A stretch of 64,000 nucleotides of DNA, taken from positions 1 through 64,000 of the forward strand of contig CP066684.1 of the NCBI GenBank assembly GCA_016432325.1. The letters run 5' to 3'. Positions 28,190-37,304 of this stretch are shown here, in pieces (the first letter of the stretch is position 1; each line of letters begins with the position of its first letter). The notes below the pieces were generated by a model. It was not told the DNA's origin, searched no databases, and was given only the letters and a program-made list of their open reading frames with translations. Source of the stretch: Candidatus Aenigmatarchaeota archaeon. GTDB lineage: Archaea; Aenigmatarchaeota; Aenigmatarchaeia; PWEA01; JACQIF01. A program made the translations under genes and the position numbers.

Positions 28190-28536
28190 GCGACCGCACC
28201 TCTCGGTTTGGAAAGAATCCTTCCTATCATAGCCTCCCAAAATATCATTCCGTTGAGAAGCATTTCCTCTCCGTTTTCAGGGTCCATCAGGGAAATATTC
28301 TTATAACCTTTGTCCTGTAGGTGGCCCACTATGTGTGCCATTCCAAGATGGCGAGGGGCTATCCCATCCTTTGTGTAATGGTATCTGATAACCAGATATT
28401 TTACAGGGCCTTCGTCGAAAAGGCGCTTTCCTATCATATCTGCCGCGCTTTTCAAGTCAGTTCCTGTTTCCATTCCGAATGCCCTCAGCAAATCTCCATC
28501 GTTTACTACCATCAAACCATTCTTATCTACTGGCAT
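28186..28536 (-). CDS. Low-GC hypothetical protein inserted between rps9 and rpoN
   Basis: 116-aa ORF with AT-rich codons; stop overlaps the rpoN start (ATGA). Confidence 0.7.
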   Translation of the reverse strand: MPVDKNGLMVVNDGDLLRAFGMETGTDLKSAADMIGKRLFDEGPVKYLVIRYHYTKDGIAPRHLGMAHIVGHLQDKGYKNISLMDPENGEEMLLNGMIFWEAMIGRILSKPRGAVA

Positions 28537-28542
28537 GTTAGT

Positions 28543-28962
28543 CTACCTCTTGCTCCTTTGCTTGTGCCTCCTCGGCCCTGCGGACGAGCGAGACGGTTTG
28601 TGCGGCTCGTTCCTTCTGGCGTCGCTGACGAGGAGCGCACGGTCGTAGTCGTCGAACGCGCGCCTCAGGGCCTGCGCTCCCTTGCCCGCGGAAGCGAGCA
28701 GCGCGTGCGCGATTGCCTGGCGAGTGGCCTCGGCTTGTCCGATAACTCCGCCTCCCTGAACGTGAACGTCGACGTCAACTGTCTTGGCCAGTTCTTCGGC
28801 TATCGCCAACGGCTCTGTAACCATTAGTCTTCGCATCTCCGGCTGCACGTTTTCAATGCGGACGCGGTTTATGCGTACGATGCCGCTGCCTTGCGTGGCC
28901 GTGGCTATGGCAACGGCTTCCTTTCTCCTGCCGATGACGCGCACTTCTTTGCCTTCCGTCAC
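28543..28962 (-). CDS. rps9: 30S ribosomal protein S9
   Basis: GRRKEAVA, VQGGGVIGQAEA, YDRALLVSDARR, QRSKR. Confidence 0.97.
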   Translation of the reverse strand: MTEGKEVRVIGRRKEAVAIATATQGSGIVRINRVRIENVQPEMRRLMVTEPLAIAEELAKTVDVDVHVQGGGVIGQAEATRQAIAHALLASAGKGAQALRRAFDDYDRALLVSDARRNEPHKPSRSSAGPRRHKQRSKR

Positions 28963-28963
28963 A

Positions 28964-29386
28964 TCAACCGCCTCTCAACCTTTTCGAAACTTCTGCGAGC
29001 GTAACGTACTTGTGCGTGAGCTCCGCGGAACTTTTGCCTATCTTGTCCCCCTTCAAATCCTGAGGATTGTTTGAATATACCCTCAGTTTTGCGAAAGCAT
29101 CGCGTCCTCTGCCCTTCTTGTAAGGCAGCATGCCCCGTACGCTCCTCTTCAATATCGCCTCGGGCAACGTTGGATAGTAAGCTCCGTGGTGAGGATCTCC
29201 GCGAGCGCGTTTTTCCCTGTAGAGTTCGTGAATCAGTTCCGGCCTGCCTGTGATGACCGCGCGTTCGGCGTTTATCACCACGACGCGCTCGCCGCCGAGC
29301 AGCTTCTTCGCCACGCGCGTGCAGACTCGGCCCAGCACCTGCTCGGACGCGTCAATTACCGCCGTTTTTGTCTCGACCATGGACAT
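28964..29386 (-). CDS. rpl13: 50S ribosomal protein L13
   Basis: VIDASEQVLGR, NAERAVITG, VRGMLP. Confidence 0.96.
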   Translation of the reverse strand: MSMVETKTAVIDASEQVLGRVCTRVAKKLLGGERVVVINAERAVITGRPELIHELYREKRARGDPHHGAYYPTLPEAILKRSVRGMLPYKKGRGRDAFAKLRVYSNNPQDLKGDKIGKSSAELTHKYVTLAEVSKRLRGG

Positions 29387-29739
29387 CACGTTATTATCCT
29401 GACGTTTTTGCCCGAAGGGTTCTCGTCCATGAGCTCCTTGATGCTCAGGCACCTGCCCTTCGCCGCGCTTATCTTCATCACGGCGCCCATCGAAAAGTTC
29501 AGGGCCGCGACGTCTATCTTCTTCGTCAGCGTTCCGTCGGCCAGAACCTTGCCCGGCACAAGCGCGATCTCGCCGTCCTTTGCGTTTCGCGCTATCGCGG
29601 AGACGTTTACTTCCGCGGCCTGCCGTGCGGGCTTCTCCAGCCTATCGGCTACGTCGACCCAGATGCCTTTCTTCTGCTTCCTCAGCTCTTTCACGAGCGA
29701 CGCAACCAGCGGGTTCGTCGGACCTGTTCTCTTTGTCAT
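29386..29739 (-). CDS. rpl18e: 50S ribosomal protein L18e
   Basis: TNP, EVNVSAI, VPGKVLADG, FSMGA, NPSG. Confidence 0.96.
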   Translation of the reverse strand: MTKRTGPTNPLVASLVKELRKQKKGIWVDVADRLEKPARQAAEVNVSAIARNAKDGEIALVPGKVLADGTLTKKIDVAALNFSMGAVMKISAAKGRCLSIKELMDENPSGKNVRIIT

Positions 29740-29817
29740 TTCATTCACCGTTTGACCTTTGTGTGGTGCGGGAAGCCGTAAAGCTTCGCTTTCCGTTCCC
29801 CCAACCTTTGACGTTTA

Positions 29818-30081
29818 TGGTGCGGGAGGTCGGAAAACCACGGTGGGCGCAACGTTTCTTTTGCACCCGTGCTTTTCTACGCGAACTGACGCACACCAAG
29901 TGTGCGTCGAGCACCTCGCGAAAAGCCCGGTTTGAACCGACGAAGGCACTAAGCCACCAGGTCTCCCTGTGGTTATGCCACACCTGAGCGTGACCTCACA
30001 CCTAAGCTTTGCCTCGCGCTCGTACTCGGAATCTCATCCGAAAGCGTGATCTGGCCCCATTGACCGCTAGGGTACTCCCGC
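29818..30081 (-). tRNA. tRNA-Leu with three introns (30/31, 37/38, 59/60) and two alternative anticodon exons (TAG at 30001-30007; CAG at 29983-29989)
   Basis: GCGGGAG/CTCCCGC acceptor, A73, long variable arm; an 87-nt cloverleaf results with either 7-nt exon. Confidence 0.85.
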
Positions 30082-30112
30082 ATACCGAGCCATAGTCTCC
30101 TCGCACGCCTTC

Positions 30113-30904
30113 TTAAGCGTATTCCGAGACCTTCTCTTCCAGTTCCTTGGCCTTTGCTTCGATGTTTTCCAAGGCAAGAGAGACTATCTGTTCAGGCTTG
30201 AGGCCGCACACCGTTTCGACGCGGAAGACGAACTTCGTTTCGTCTCCCTTTACTTCCACATACTGCGGCGAGGCTTCCACGCACGCATCGCACAGGATGC
30301 ATGCGAGTTCGTTCGCTACGCGGGCTCCGCGGCCCGAACGTTCGAAGACGTTGGTAGGACAGACGTCCAGTATCTTCTTTGCGTCCTCCTCGGGGAGACC
30401 CGGTTTGATCGTGACTTTCGGATAGTACTTGTACGACGCGACAGCGGCCTGCCACTTGGCGTGTTCGCGGCCGCGGCCCAGGCGTGCGGTAGCTTCGAGT
30501 TCAACCTTCTGCCCCTCGAGAAGCATGACGAGGGGCATGCTATCGTAGAGAGGCTTCACGTCTTCGTCGCTGCTCTTCAAATCTTTCGTGTACACGGTGC
30601 AGGGCCCTTCCTTCTTGAGTACGAGAACAACCTGGCATTCGACGCATCCCTTGCCCTCGCAGACGCACTCTTCGCGGATGTTTACCTTCTTTGGGTCGAA
30701 CGCCAACGGCACGAGCGCGAGCCTGTGCGACAGGACCTCGTTGTAGAGCGCCGACGAGTTTTCGTGGATGTCCACTTCGTCGATTGCCAGCGCAGGCACC
30801 TCTCCCATCATCGCGCGCCTCAAAGCGTTAGCGAAAGACGGGTTTATTTCGTCTGCCACGAACGTCAGCTTTTCGTCACTCTCTTCCAAAATCTTTATTT
30901 TCAT
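30113..30904 (-). CDS. rpoD: RNA polymerase subunit D (Rpo3) with Fe-S domain
   Basis: ANALRR, HRLALVP, EHAKWQ; CP...CILCDAC. Confidence 0.97.
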   Translation of the reverse strand: MKIKILEESDEKLTFVADEINPSFANALRRAMMGEVPALAIDEVDIHENSSALYNEVLSHRLALVPLAFDPKKVNIREECVCEGKGCVECQVVLVLKKEGPCTVYTKDLKSSDEDVKPLYDSMPLVMLLEGQKVELEATARLGRGREHAKWQAAVASYKYYPKVTIKPGLPEEDAKKILDVCPTNVFERSGRGARVANELACILCDACVEASPQYVEVKGDETKFVFRVETVCGLKPEQIVSLALENIEAKAKELEEKVSEYA

Positions 30905-30906
30905 AA

Positions 30907-31293
30907 CTACATCCTCCTGCCCCTGCGGCCGCCCTTCTTCTTGGTCCTGTCGTGCGGTATGGGCGTGACGTCTTCTATGTCCCCGATGCGTATGCCTGCG
31001 CGCGCTATCGCGCGTATCGCGGGCTGCGCTCCCTTGCCCGGGTTGCTGGATTCGTGACCACCGGGAGCGCGAATCCTTATGTTGAGCTTTGTTATGCCCT
31101 TGGACTTCGCCTCTTCTATCGCGCGTTTGGCTGCGAGCATCGCCTGGAACGGCTGTCCCTTGTCGCGGTCGTTCTTTGTGACCATGCCGCCCGAGCATCG
31201 CGAGATAGTTTCAGCGCCTGTTATGTCGGTTATGTGTATGATTGTGTTGTTCGACGACGAATAGATGTGAGCGACCCCTATTTTGTCTGTCAT
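30907..31293 (-). CDS. rps11: 30S ribosomal protein S11
   Basis: [37 protein letters not shown]. Confidence 0.98.
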   Translation of the reverse strand: MTDKIGVAHIYSSSNNTIIHITDITGAETISRCSGGMVTKNDRDKGQPFQAMLAAKRAIEEAKSKGITKLNIRIRAPGGHESSNPGKGAQPAIRAIARAGIRIGDIEDVTPIPHDRTKKKGGRRGRRM

Positions 31294-31298
31294 GAGTA

Positions 31299-31778
31299 TC
31301 ACTTCTTCTGAACCTCGACGCCCTTTATCTTGATTTGCTCTTCGAGATCCTTGGATACGAGGAACGACGGCCATACGATGCGCCTGTTGCCGACCACGAC
31401 GTGGCCGTGTGTTATCAGCTGCCTGGACTGTTTCAGCGTGTTGGCGATTCCCTTTCTATGGATGATAGTCTGCAGGCGTCGCGAGAGAACGTCGTTGACG
31501 CTGAGACCGAGCACGTCGTCCAGCCCTCCGCTTTCCTTCATGAGATTGAGCCTCGAAACGCGCGCGAGGAGCTGTTTCTGCTGACGCTCGTCTTTCGACG
31601 CGCCGAGCTCGCGCGCCTGCCTTCTGAGGCCTCTGAGAATCGACTCCGCGCGGCGCAGCTCCTGCTTGCGCCTGAGGCCGAACTCTTTCAAGAGCGCGTT
31701 CTCTCTCTCAATGCGCTTTGAGTCCCACGCCTTCAGCGGGCTTTCGATTCTCGAGCGAGACTGTTTTGGATCTCCCAT
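31299..31778 (-). CDS. rps4: 30S ribosomal protein S4
   Basis: [26 protein letters not shown]. Confidence 0.97.
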   Translation of the reverse strand: MGDPKQSRSRIESPLKAWDSKRIERENALLKEFGLRRKQELRRAESILRGLRRQARELGASKDERQQKQLLARVSRLNLMKESGGLDDVLGLSVNDVLSRRLQTIIHRKGIANTLKQSRQLITHGHVVVGNRRIVWPSFLVSKDLEEQIKIKGVEVQKK

Positions 31779-31844
31779 GCACTTCACCAATTTCTGCGTG
31801 GGGGAATTGAAATCGCAATTTCATATTCTCCCATGCACTTCACC
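31771..31844. repeat. 18-bp direct repeat (rps4 RBS and start) flanking a 38-bp palindromic insert
   Basis: TCTCCCATGCACTTCACC at 31771 and 31827. Confidence 0.85.
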
Positions 31845-32434
31845 TACTTCTTCTCGGCAGGCTTTGCGCCTTCGCCGGGCTTGGCCTTCGCGCGCACGAC
31901 GCCCACGGAACCGCTCTTGCGGAATGACGAACGCGTTCTCTGTCCGCGCACGGGCTGTCCGAGCCTGTGTCTCCATCCGCGGTAAGAACCGTACCTCATC
32001 AAGTCCGAGAGTTTCTGTCTCAGAGAGACGTCGAGATCCGAAACCGTGAGGTGCCTGTCTTTTCCTGTTTCAGCGTCTTTCCTCAGGTTGAGCATGTAGG
32101 AAGGAATGTTGTAATTTGCCGGGTTGCGTACGATTTCTTCGAGCTTCTTTAGCTGGTCCTCTGTGAGCGTGCTGGTCTTTGTCAGCGGGTCCAATTCGGC
32201 CACGAGGCATATCGCCTTTGCCAGCGAGAAGTTGACGCCTCTGATGGCGCGGAGCGCGTTGAAGATGCTTGCGTTTCCGTCGAGGTCTGTCGCCATGAGA
32301 CGGACTATGTTGCGTTCGAGAGTCGGCTCGGGCTTGCCCTGTTCTTTCTTGAGGGCCTCGCGCGCCTTTTTCTCCTCTTCGCGGCGCTGCTCCTCGATCG
32401 GGTCCTTCGTCGTCTTTCCTTTCAATCCGCCCAT
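31844..32434 (-). CDS. rps13: 30S ribosomal protein S13 with charged N-extension
   Basis: IVRL..TDLDG, SYRGWRH, PVRGQRTR. Confidence 0.97.
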   Translation of the reverse strand: MGGLKGKTTKDPIEEQRREEEKKAREALKKEQGKPEPTLERNIVRLMATDLDGNASIFNALRAIRGVNFSLAKAICLVAELDPLTKTSTLTEDQLKKLEEIVRNPANYNIPSYMLNLRKDAETGKDRHLTVSDLDVSLRQKLSDLMRYGSYRGWRHRLGQPVRGQRTRSSFRKSGSVGVVRAKAKPGEGAKPAEKK

Positions 32435-32480
32435 TTTGACACCGATTCTTTTTCGCGTAAGCGTATTTTTGATGTTGGTT

Positions 32481-32698
32481 TGGCGCTGGGGGTGAGATTA
32501 TCAGCCCTACGCCTTGTGCAAAGCATCTCAGCAGTAGGGAATTCGAACTCACGCGGGCTTGCGCCCACCGGTTTTCTTGCCGTGTTTCTTTTGCACCCGT
32601 ACTTTTCTTTTTGAAAGAAAAGCCCGGTTCAAGACCGGCGCAGTGAATCCCTAGCCGCACGCTTGCGCGCACGGGTTACCAGGCTTTGCTACCCCAGC
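32481..32698 (-). tRNA. tRNA-Ser(TGA) with three introns: D-loop (about 32 nt), 37/38 (54 nt), 59/60 (44 nt)
   Basis: About 88-nt cloverleaf after removal; G73; variable arm GGGC-GCAA-GCCC; BHB helix CTTG:CAAG. Confidence 0.88.
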
Positions 32699-32817
32699 GT
32701 ATTCTAACTGGGGTTCGGATGGCATTTAAACGTGTCTAAACGCCTCTCTGAAGCTTTCAGGCAAAGCATATAAGCTTGTCGCCAAGGCCAAAAACGGAGT
32801 TTTCGCGGCTAAAAGCA

Positions 32818-33537
32818 CTATCCGAACAGCCTGAACGGCTTGGCCTCTTCGAAACCCGCCGCGCCGATGACGAACTGCGCTTGCGTTCCCTCAGGCAGCG
32901 AGCGGTGCTTGCGCAGGACGGCGAGTCGCCTGCCCTTGTCGTCCAGTTTCAGCAGTTCTACGAGGCACTTCGACCAGTAGCGCGCGACGTCACGCGATAC
33001 GAGTTCTATCGTTCCGCGGTTGTCGAACTCGCTGTATATCTGGTTCGTTATCAGTATCGGGACGTTTGCGTCTCTCGCGAGCTTCGAGAGTATTGACAGC
33101 TGTTCAGACAGTTTCTTGTTGGCTTCCACGTGTCCGCCGTTACCCATCTCCAGCCTGTAAAGAGCGACCAGCGAGTCTATGACGACGAGCCCCGCGGCCT
33201 CCTTCTCCACGATCTTGTCCAGTTTCTTTACAAGCTCGCTCTGTTCCTTGAATGTCTTGGGTTCCATCATCAGAATCTTCTTGGAGACGCCCTCAAAATC
33301 GGCGCCGTTGCAAATCTGGGCGAGACGCTCGGGGCTGAACCCTCCTTCAGTGTCGATGAACACGACCTTCTTGCCCGCGCGCACGGCGGCTACAGCGGCA
33401 AGCAGCGCCACGTTCGTTTTTCCCGCGCCTGCGGGACCGAAGACGTTCGTCAACGACGCGTACTCTATGCCGCCGCCGAGTAGATCGTCCAGTGATTTCG
33501 CGCCCGTCGCGAGCCGAGGATTCGTGTATTCTGCCAT
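32818..33537 (-). CDS. radB: DNA repair protein RadB
   Basis: LDDLLGGG, GPAGAGKT, IDTEGG, C-terminal KHRS motif. Confidence 0.95.
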   Translation of the reverse strand: MAEYTNPRLATGAKSLDDLLGGGIEYASLTNVFGPAGAGKTNVALLAAVAAVRAGKKVVFIDTEGGFSPERLAQICNGADFEGVSKKILMMEPKTFKEQSELVKKLDKIVEKEAAGLVVIDSLVALYRLEMGNGGHVEANKKLSEQLSILSKLARDANVPILITNQIYSEFDNRGTIELVSRDVARYWSKCLVELLKLDDKGRRLAVLRKHRSLPEGTQAQFVIGAAGFEEAKPFRLFG

Positions 33538-33613
33538 AAGGAACGACGATATTTGCCGTCTCTACGTTAAGTAGTTAACGCCGACAGCGGTAACTTTGAA
33601 ACGGCGCGCCGTT

Positions 33614-33793
33614 TCAAGTAGTTTTCTTGCGCGGCAAAAACGCGAGTATCACGGAGAATCCGAGAAACACGACGCCCAGATACAGGCTCACAACGCCGCT
33701 GCCTCCTTGCAAGCGGTAGATGCCGGCGGCCAGCGTGACGATTACCATTGCGAGAGACAGGATGAACGGAACGTTGAGATTCTTGAGGAGCAT
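33614..33793 (-). CDS. Small two-TM membrane protein (59 aa, below the ORF-track cutoff)
   Basis: MLLKNLNVPFILSLAMVIVTLAAGIYRLQGGSGVVSLYLGVVFLGFSVILAFLPRKKTT; followed by the TTGAAACGGC/GCCGTTTCAA hairpin. Confidence 0.55.
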   Translation of the reverse strand: MLLKNLNVPFILSLAMVIVTLAAGIYRLQGGSGVVSLYLGVVFLGFSVILAFLPRKKTT

Positions 33794-33939
33794 GTATAAA
33801 ATCGGGCACGCGTATATTTAACCGACTCCCACAACATTCGTCTTTATATAGTTTTGTGTTTACTTACACACCAAAGAACCTTTTTGCGCAGGGAAACGCG
33901 CAGAATATTCGCAAAAGTACGCTTCCGCACGGTGTCCAC

Positions 33940-34293
33940 ATGAGAATAACAATCAAACGCAGCGGCAATCGCACGGCGGTGCTGGTGTCGTTCTCCGCGC
34001 ACTCCGAGCGCTTCGAGTCGAACTACGAGCGAAACCGCTTCTATTCGGGGCTGTATGGACGTGCGCAGCGCGTCAGGCACGGACGCGACGTCTACAACTA
34101 CCGCCGCGAAGGGCTGTTGGACGAGGTGCCCCATATAAAGGTAGACAGCTCAGTTTTTATTGTAGCTCTCCAAGAAATGGAAAGGATACTGCAGTACATG
34201 CGCGATTGGCAGCCGAAAATCGAATACAAGGCTTTCCAGGTTATGCTCGAACCGGACGAATTAAAGATGCTCGAGAAGGGTGCTGAAGAATGA
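33940..34293 (+). CDS. Hypothetical protein, possible Cas2/VapD-like ferredoxin fold
   Basis: AVLVSF...ERNRFYSGLYG...HIKVDSSVFIV pattern; stop overlaps the cdc48 start. Confidence 0.65.
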   Translation: MRITIKRSGNRTAVLVSFSAHSERFESNYERNRFYSGLYGRAQRVRHGRDVYNYRREGLLDEVPHIKVDSSVFIVALQEMERILQYMRDWQPKIEYKAFQVMLEPDELKMLEKGAEE

Positions 34294-36566
34294 CTGTCAA
34301 GGAAGTGAGGCTCAAGGTTGAAGAGTTGACGAGCCGCGACGAGTACGGCCGCGGCATCGCGCGCCTCGACTCCAGGATAATACGCGAACTAGGCCTCAAG
34401 CAGGGCGACGTCATCGAGGTGGAGGGCAAGCGAAAAACGGCTGCGATAGCAGTCAGCCCCTATCCCGGCGACGTGGGCCTCGCTATCATACGCATCGACG
34501 GCCTCGTGCGCAAGAATTCGGGCGGCGTTTCGGTCGGAGAGTTCGTCAAGGTCCGCAAGGCCGAGATAAAGGACGCGAAGAAGGTGACGCTCGCCCCCGC
34601 GCAGAAGGGAATCATCCTTCACATGTCTCCGAACATACTGCGCAACAATCTCTTCATGCGGCCGCTGCTGAAGGGCGACATCATCGTTCCCACGTCCATC
34701 GTGTCGAGGCGCGGCAGCGACGAGTTCCTCGAATCGTTCTTCGGGCCCGGCTTTGACATAATGACTCCGTTCGGTTCCTTCGGCGCGGAGACGAAACTGG
34801 CGGTCGTGAAGACGAGTCCCGAGTCGACAGTACGTGTTACCGAGGAAACGGAAATCGAGCTGAAGCCGCAGGCCGTCGAGATAGAGGAGGTCCGCGTTCC
34901 GACCGTTACGTACGAAGACATAGGAGGCCTCCGCGAGGAGATTACGAAAGTCCGCGAGATGATAGAGCTGCCTCTCAAGCATCCGGAGCTTTTCGAGCGT
35001 CTGGGCGTCGAGCCTCCGAAAGGAATTCTCATGCACGGCCCGCCCGGAACGGGAAAGACACTCCTCGCGAAAGCAGTTGCTTCCGAAGCGGGCGCGCACT
35101 TCCTCTCGATTAACGGGCCCGAGATCGTTTCGAAATGGTATGGACAGTCAGAACAGAACCTGCGCAAGATATTCAAGGAGGCCGAGGAGAACGCGCCTGC
35201 GATAATCTTCATCGACGAGATAGACGCCATCGCGCCGAAGCGAGAGGAGGTCACGGGCGAGGTCGAGCGCCGCATGGTTTCGCAGCTTTTGACTCTGATG
35301 GATGGACTCGAAGCGCGAGGCAAGGTTATCGTTATAGCCGCGACGAATCGCGTGAATGCCGTAGACCCGGCGCTCAGGCGGCCCGGGCGTTTCGACCGCG
35401 AGATAGAGATAGGCGTGCCGGACAAGAGAGGCCGCAAGGAGATTCTGCAGATTCACACGAGGAACATGCCTCTCGAGAAGGAGGTCAGCGTGGACAAGGT
35501 GGCCGAAGGCACTTACGGATTTGTCGGCGCGGACCTGGCGGCCCTCTGCAAGGAAGCGGCCATGCAGGTTCTCAGGCGCGTACTTCCTGACGTGCAGGGT
35601 CTCGAGGAAGACAAGCCGATTCCGGAAGAGATTTTGAAGAAGCTCATCGTGATGAAGAAGGACTTCGATAAGGCGCTGAAGATGATACAGCCCAGCGCAA
35701 TGCGCGAAATAATGGTCGAAGTTCCGAAGGTTCACTGGTCCGACATAGGAGGCCTGGAAGAAGTAAAAGGACGTTTGAAGGAGGCGGTTGAATGGCCTCT
35801 GAAAAACCCGGATTCTTTCAAGAGACTTGGAATCCGCCCGCCGCGCGGGATACTGCTCTACGGTCCTCCGGGATGCGGCAAGACGCTCATCGCAAAGGCC
35901 GTTGCGACAGAGAGCGACGCCAACTTCATCTCGATAAAGGGTCCCCAGGTCCTGTCAAAGTGGGTAGGCGAATCGGAAAAGATGGTGCGCGAGGTCTTCA
36001 AGAAGGCGAGACAGGTAGCGCCGTGCGTGATATTCTTCGACGAGATAGACTCGATCGCGCCTGTGCGCGGCGCCTCTTCCGATTCGCACGTAGGCGAGCG
36101 CATAGTATCGCAGATGCTGACCGAGATGTCTGGGCTCGAGGAACTCAATGACGTGGTTGTTCTAGCAGCGACGAACAGACCGGACATAATAGACCCGGCG
36201 CTGTTGAGGCCGGGCCGCTTCGATACGCAGGTTCTCATACCCTCACCAGACGCAGAGTCGCGGCTGAAAGTTCTGGAAATTCACACCAAGAACATGCCGC
36301 TTGAAAGCGTGACGCTCAAAACGCTCTCTGACAAGCTCGACGGCTACAGCGGTGCGGACGTCGAAGCCGTCTGCCGCGAGGCCGCGCTGGCCGCGTTGAG
36401 AGAGAACATAGGCGCCAAGACTGTCAAGACCAAGCACTTCAATGCGGCGCTGAAAAACGTGAAACCGAGCCTGACCAAAGAAGTCGTCGAGTACTACTCG
36501 AAACTAGACATGCAGAAGAAGGCAGCGGCCGCGGTCGAGCAAGAGGCGACGAGGTATCTGGGTTGA
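34290..36566 (+). CDS. cdc48: Cdc48/VCP AAA ATPase
   Basis: N-domain plus two AAA modules ([22 protein letters not shown]). Confidence 0.98.
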   Translation: MTVKEVRLKVEELTSRDEYGRGIARLDSRIIRELGLKQGDVIEVEGKRKTAAIAVSPYPGDVGLAIIRIDGLVRKNSGGVSVGEFVKVRKAEIKDAKKVTLAPAQKGIILHMSPNILRNNLFMRPLLKGDIIVPTSIVSRRGSDEFLESFFGPGFDIMTPFGSFGAETKLAVVKTSPESTVRVTEETEIELKPQAVEIEEVRVPTVTYEDIGGLREEITKVREMIELPLKHPELFERLGVEPPKGILMHGPPGTGKTLLAKAVASEAGAHFLSINGPEIVSKWYGQSEQNLRKIFKEAEENAPAIIFIDEIDAIAPKREEVTGEVERRMVSQLLTLMDGLEARGKVIVIAATNRVNAVDPALRRPGRFDREIEIGVPDKRGRKEILQIHTRNMPLEKEVSVDKVAEGTYGFVGADLAALCKEAAMQVLRRVLPDVQGLEEDKPIPEEILKKLIVMKKDFDKALKMIQPSAMREIMVEVPKVHWSDIGGLEEVKGRLKEAVEWPLKNPDSFKRLGIRPPRGILLYGPPGCGKTLIAKAVATESDANFISIKGPQVLSKWVGESEKMVREVFKKARQVAPCVIFFDEIDSIAPVRGASSDSHVGERIVSQMLTEMSGLEELNDVVVLAATNRPDIIDPALLRPGRFDTQVLIPSPDAESRLKVLEIHTKNMPLESVTLKTLSDKLDGYSGADVEAVCREAALAALRENIGAKTVKTKHFNAALKNVKPSLTKEVVEYYSKLDMQKKAAAAVEQEATRYLG

Positions 36567-37174
36567 CGCTGAACTACAAGCTCGAGACCAAGAAGGCGTA
36601 CGACAGCTACGCTGAGACCTTCGACAAAAAGTTCAGCGCCTACGTTCCATACATAGAGAAAGAACAGAAAGTTTTCATGGAGAATCTTAAAGGCAAGAAG
36701 ATTCTTGACGTGGGTTGCGGGCCTGGAAACCATTCCCTGACGTTCAAGGCGAACGGCCTCGAGCCACTTTGCATAGACATCTCGGAGAAGATGGTCGAGT
36801 TGTGCAGGGCCAAGGGCCTCGACGCCCGCGTAATGGATTTCGAGAACCCCGCGCTGCCGGCGGGCCAATTTGACGGGCTGTGGATATACACGTCCCTGCT
36901 TCATATTCCGAAAGAAAAATTCCTGCCGGTTTTGAAGCATATTCTGCAGGCCCTAAAACACGATGGAGTCTTCCTGCTTGGGATGCGCGAAGGACCCTCG
37001 TCGGAGAGGTTTGTCAAGAATCCCAAGTACGGGGAGACATTGCGATACTTCGCTGATTATACGGAAGAAGAGCTCGCGAAGATTATGAGGGACAACTTCA
37101 GGATATTGTACAAATCGAAAACAGTGATGGACGCTGAGCACGTGTATCTGAATTATTTGTGCAAGACGGAGTAA
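36563..37174 (+). CDS. Class I SAM-dependent methyltransferase
   Basis: ILDVGCGPG, IDIS, FDGLW...SLLH. Confidence 0.9.
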   Translation: MTLNYKLETKKAYDSYAETFDKKFSAYVPYIEKEQKVFMENLKGKKILDVGCGPGNHSLTFKANGLEPLCIDISEKMVELCRAKGLDARVMDFENPALPAGQFDGLWIYTSLLHIPKEKFLPVLKHILQALKHDGVFLLGMREGPSSERFVKNPKYGETLRYFADYTEEELAKIMRDNFRILYKSKTVMDAEHVYLNYLCKTE

Positions 37175-37304
37175 AACGCATGTTGTGGGTTCTCCTCAGG
37201 AGGATTATCGCCCTCCGTCATAGGTATCCCGCCGCCGCGCCAGATGGCTAAACCATCGCATAATAGATGGCGATTTTGATATAAAAAGGCGTTCTTAATT
37301 CCGA

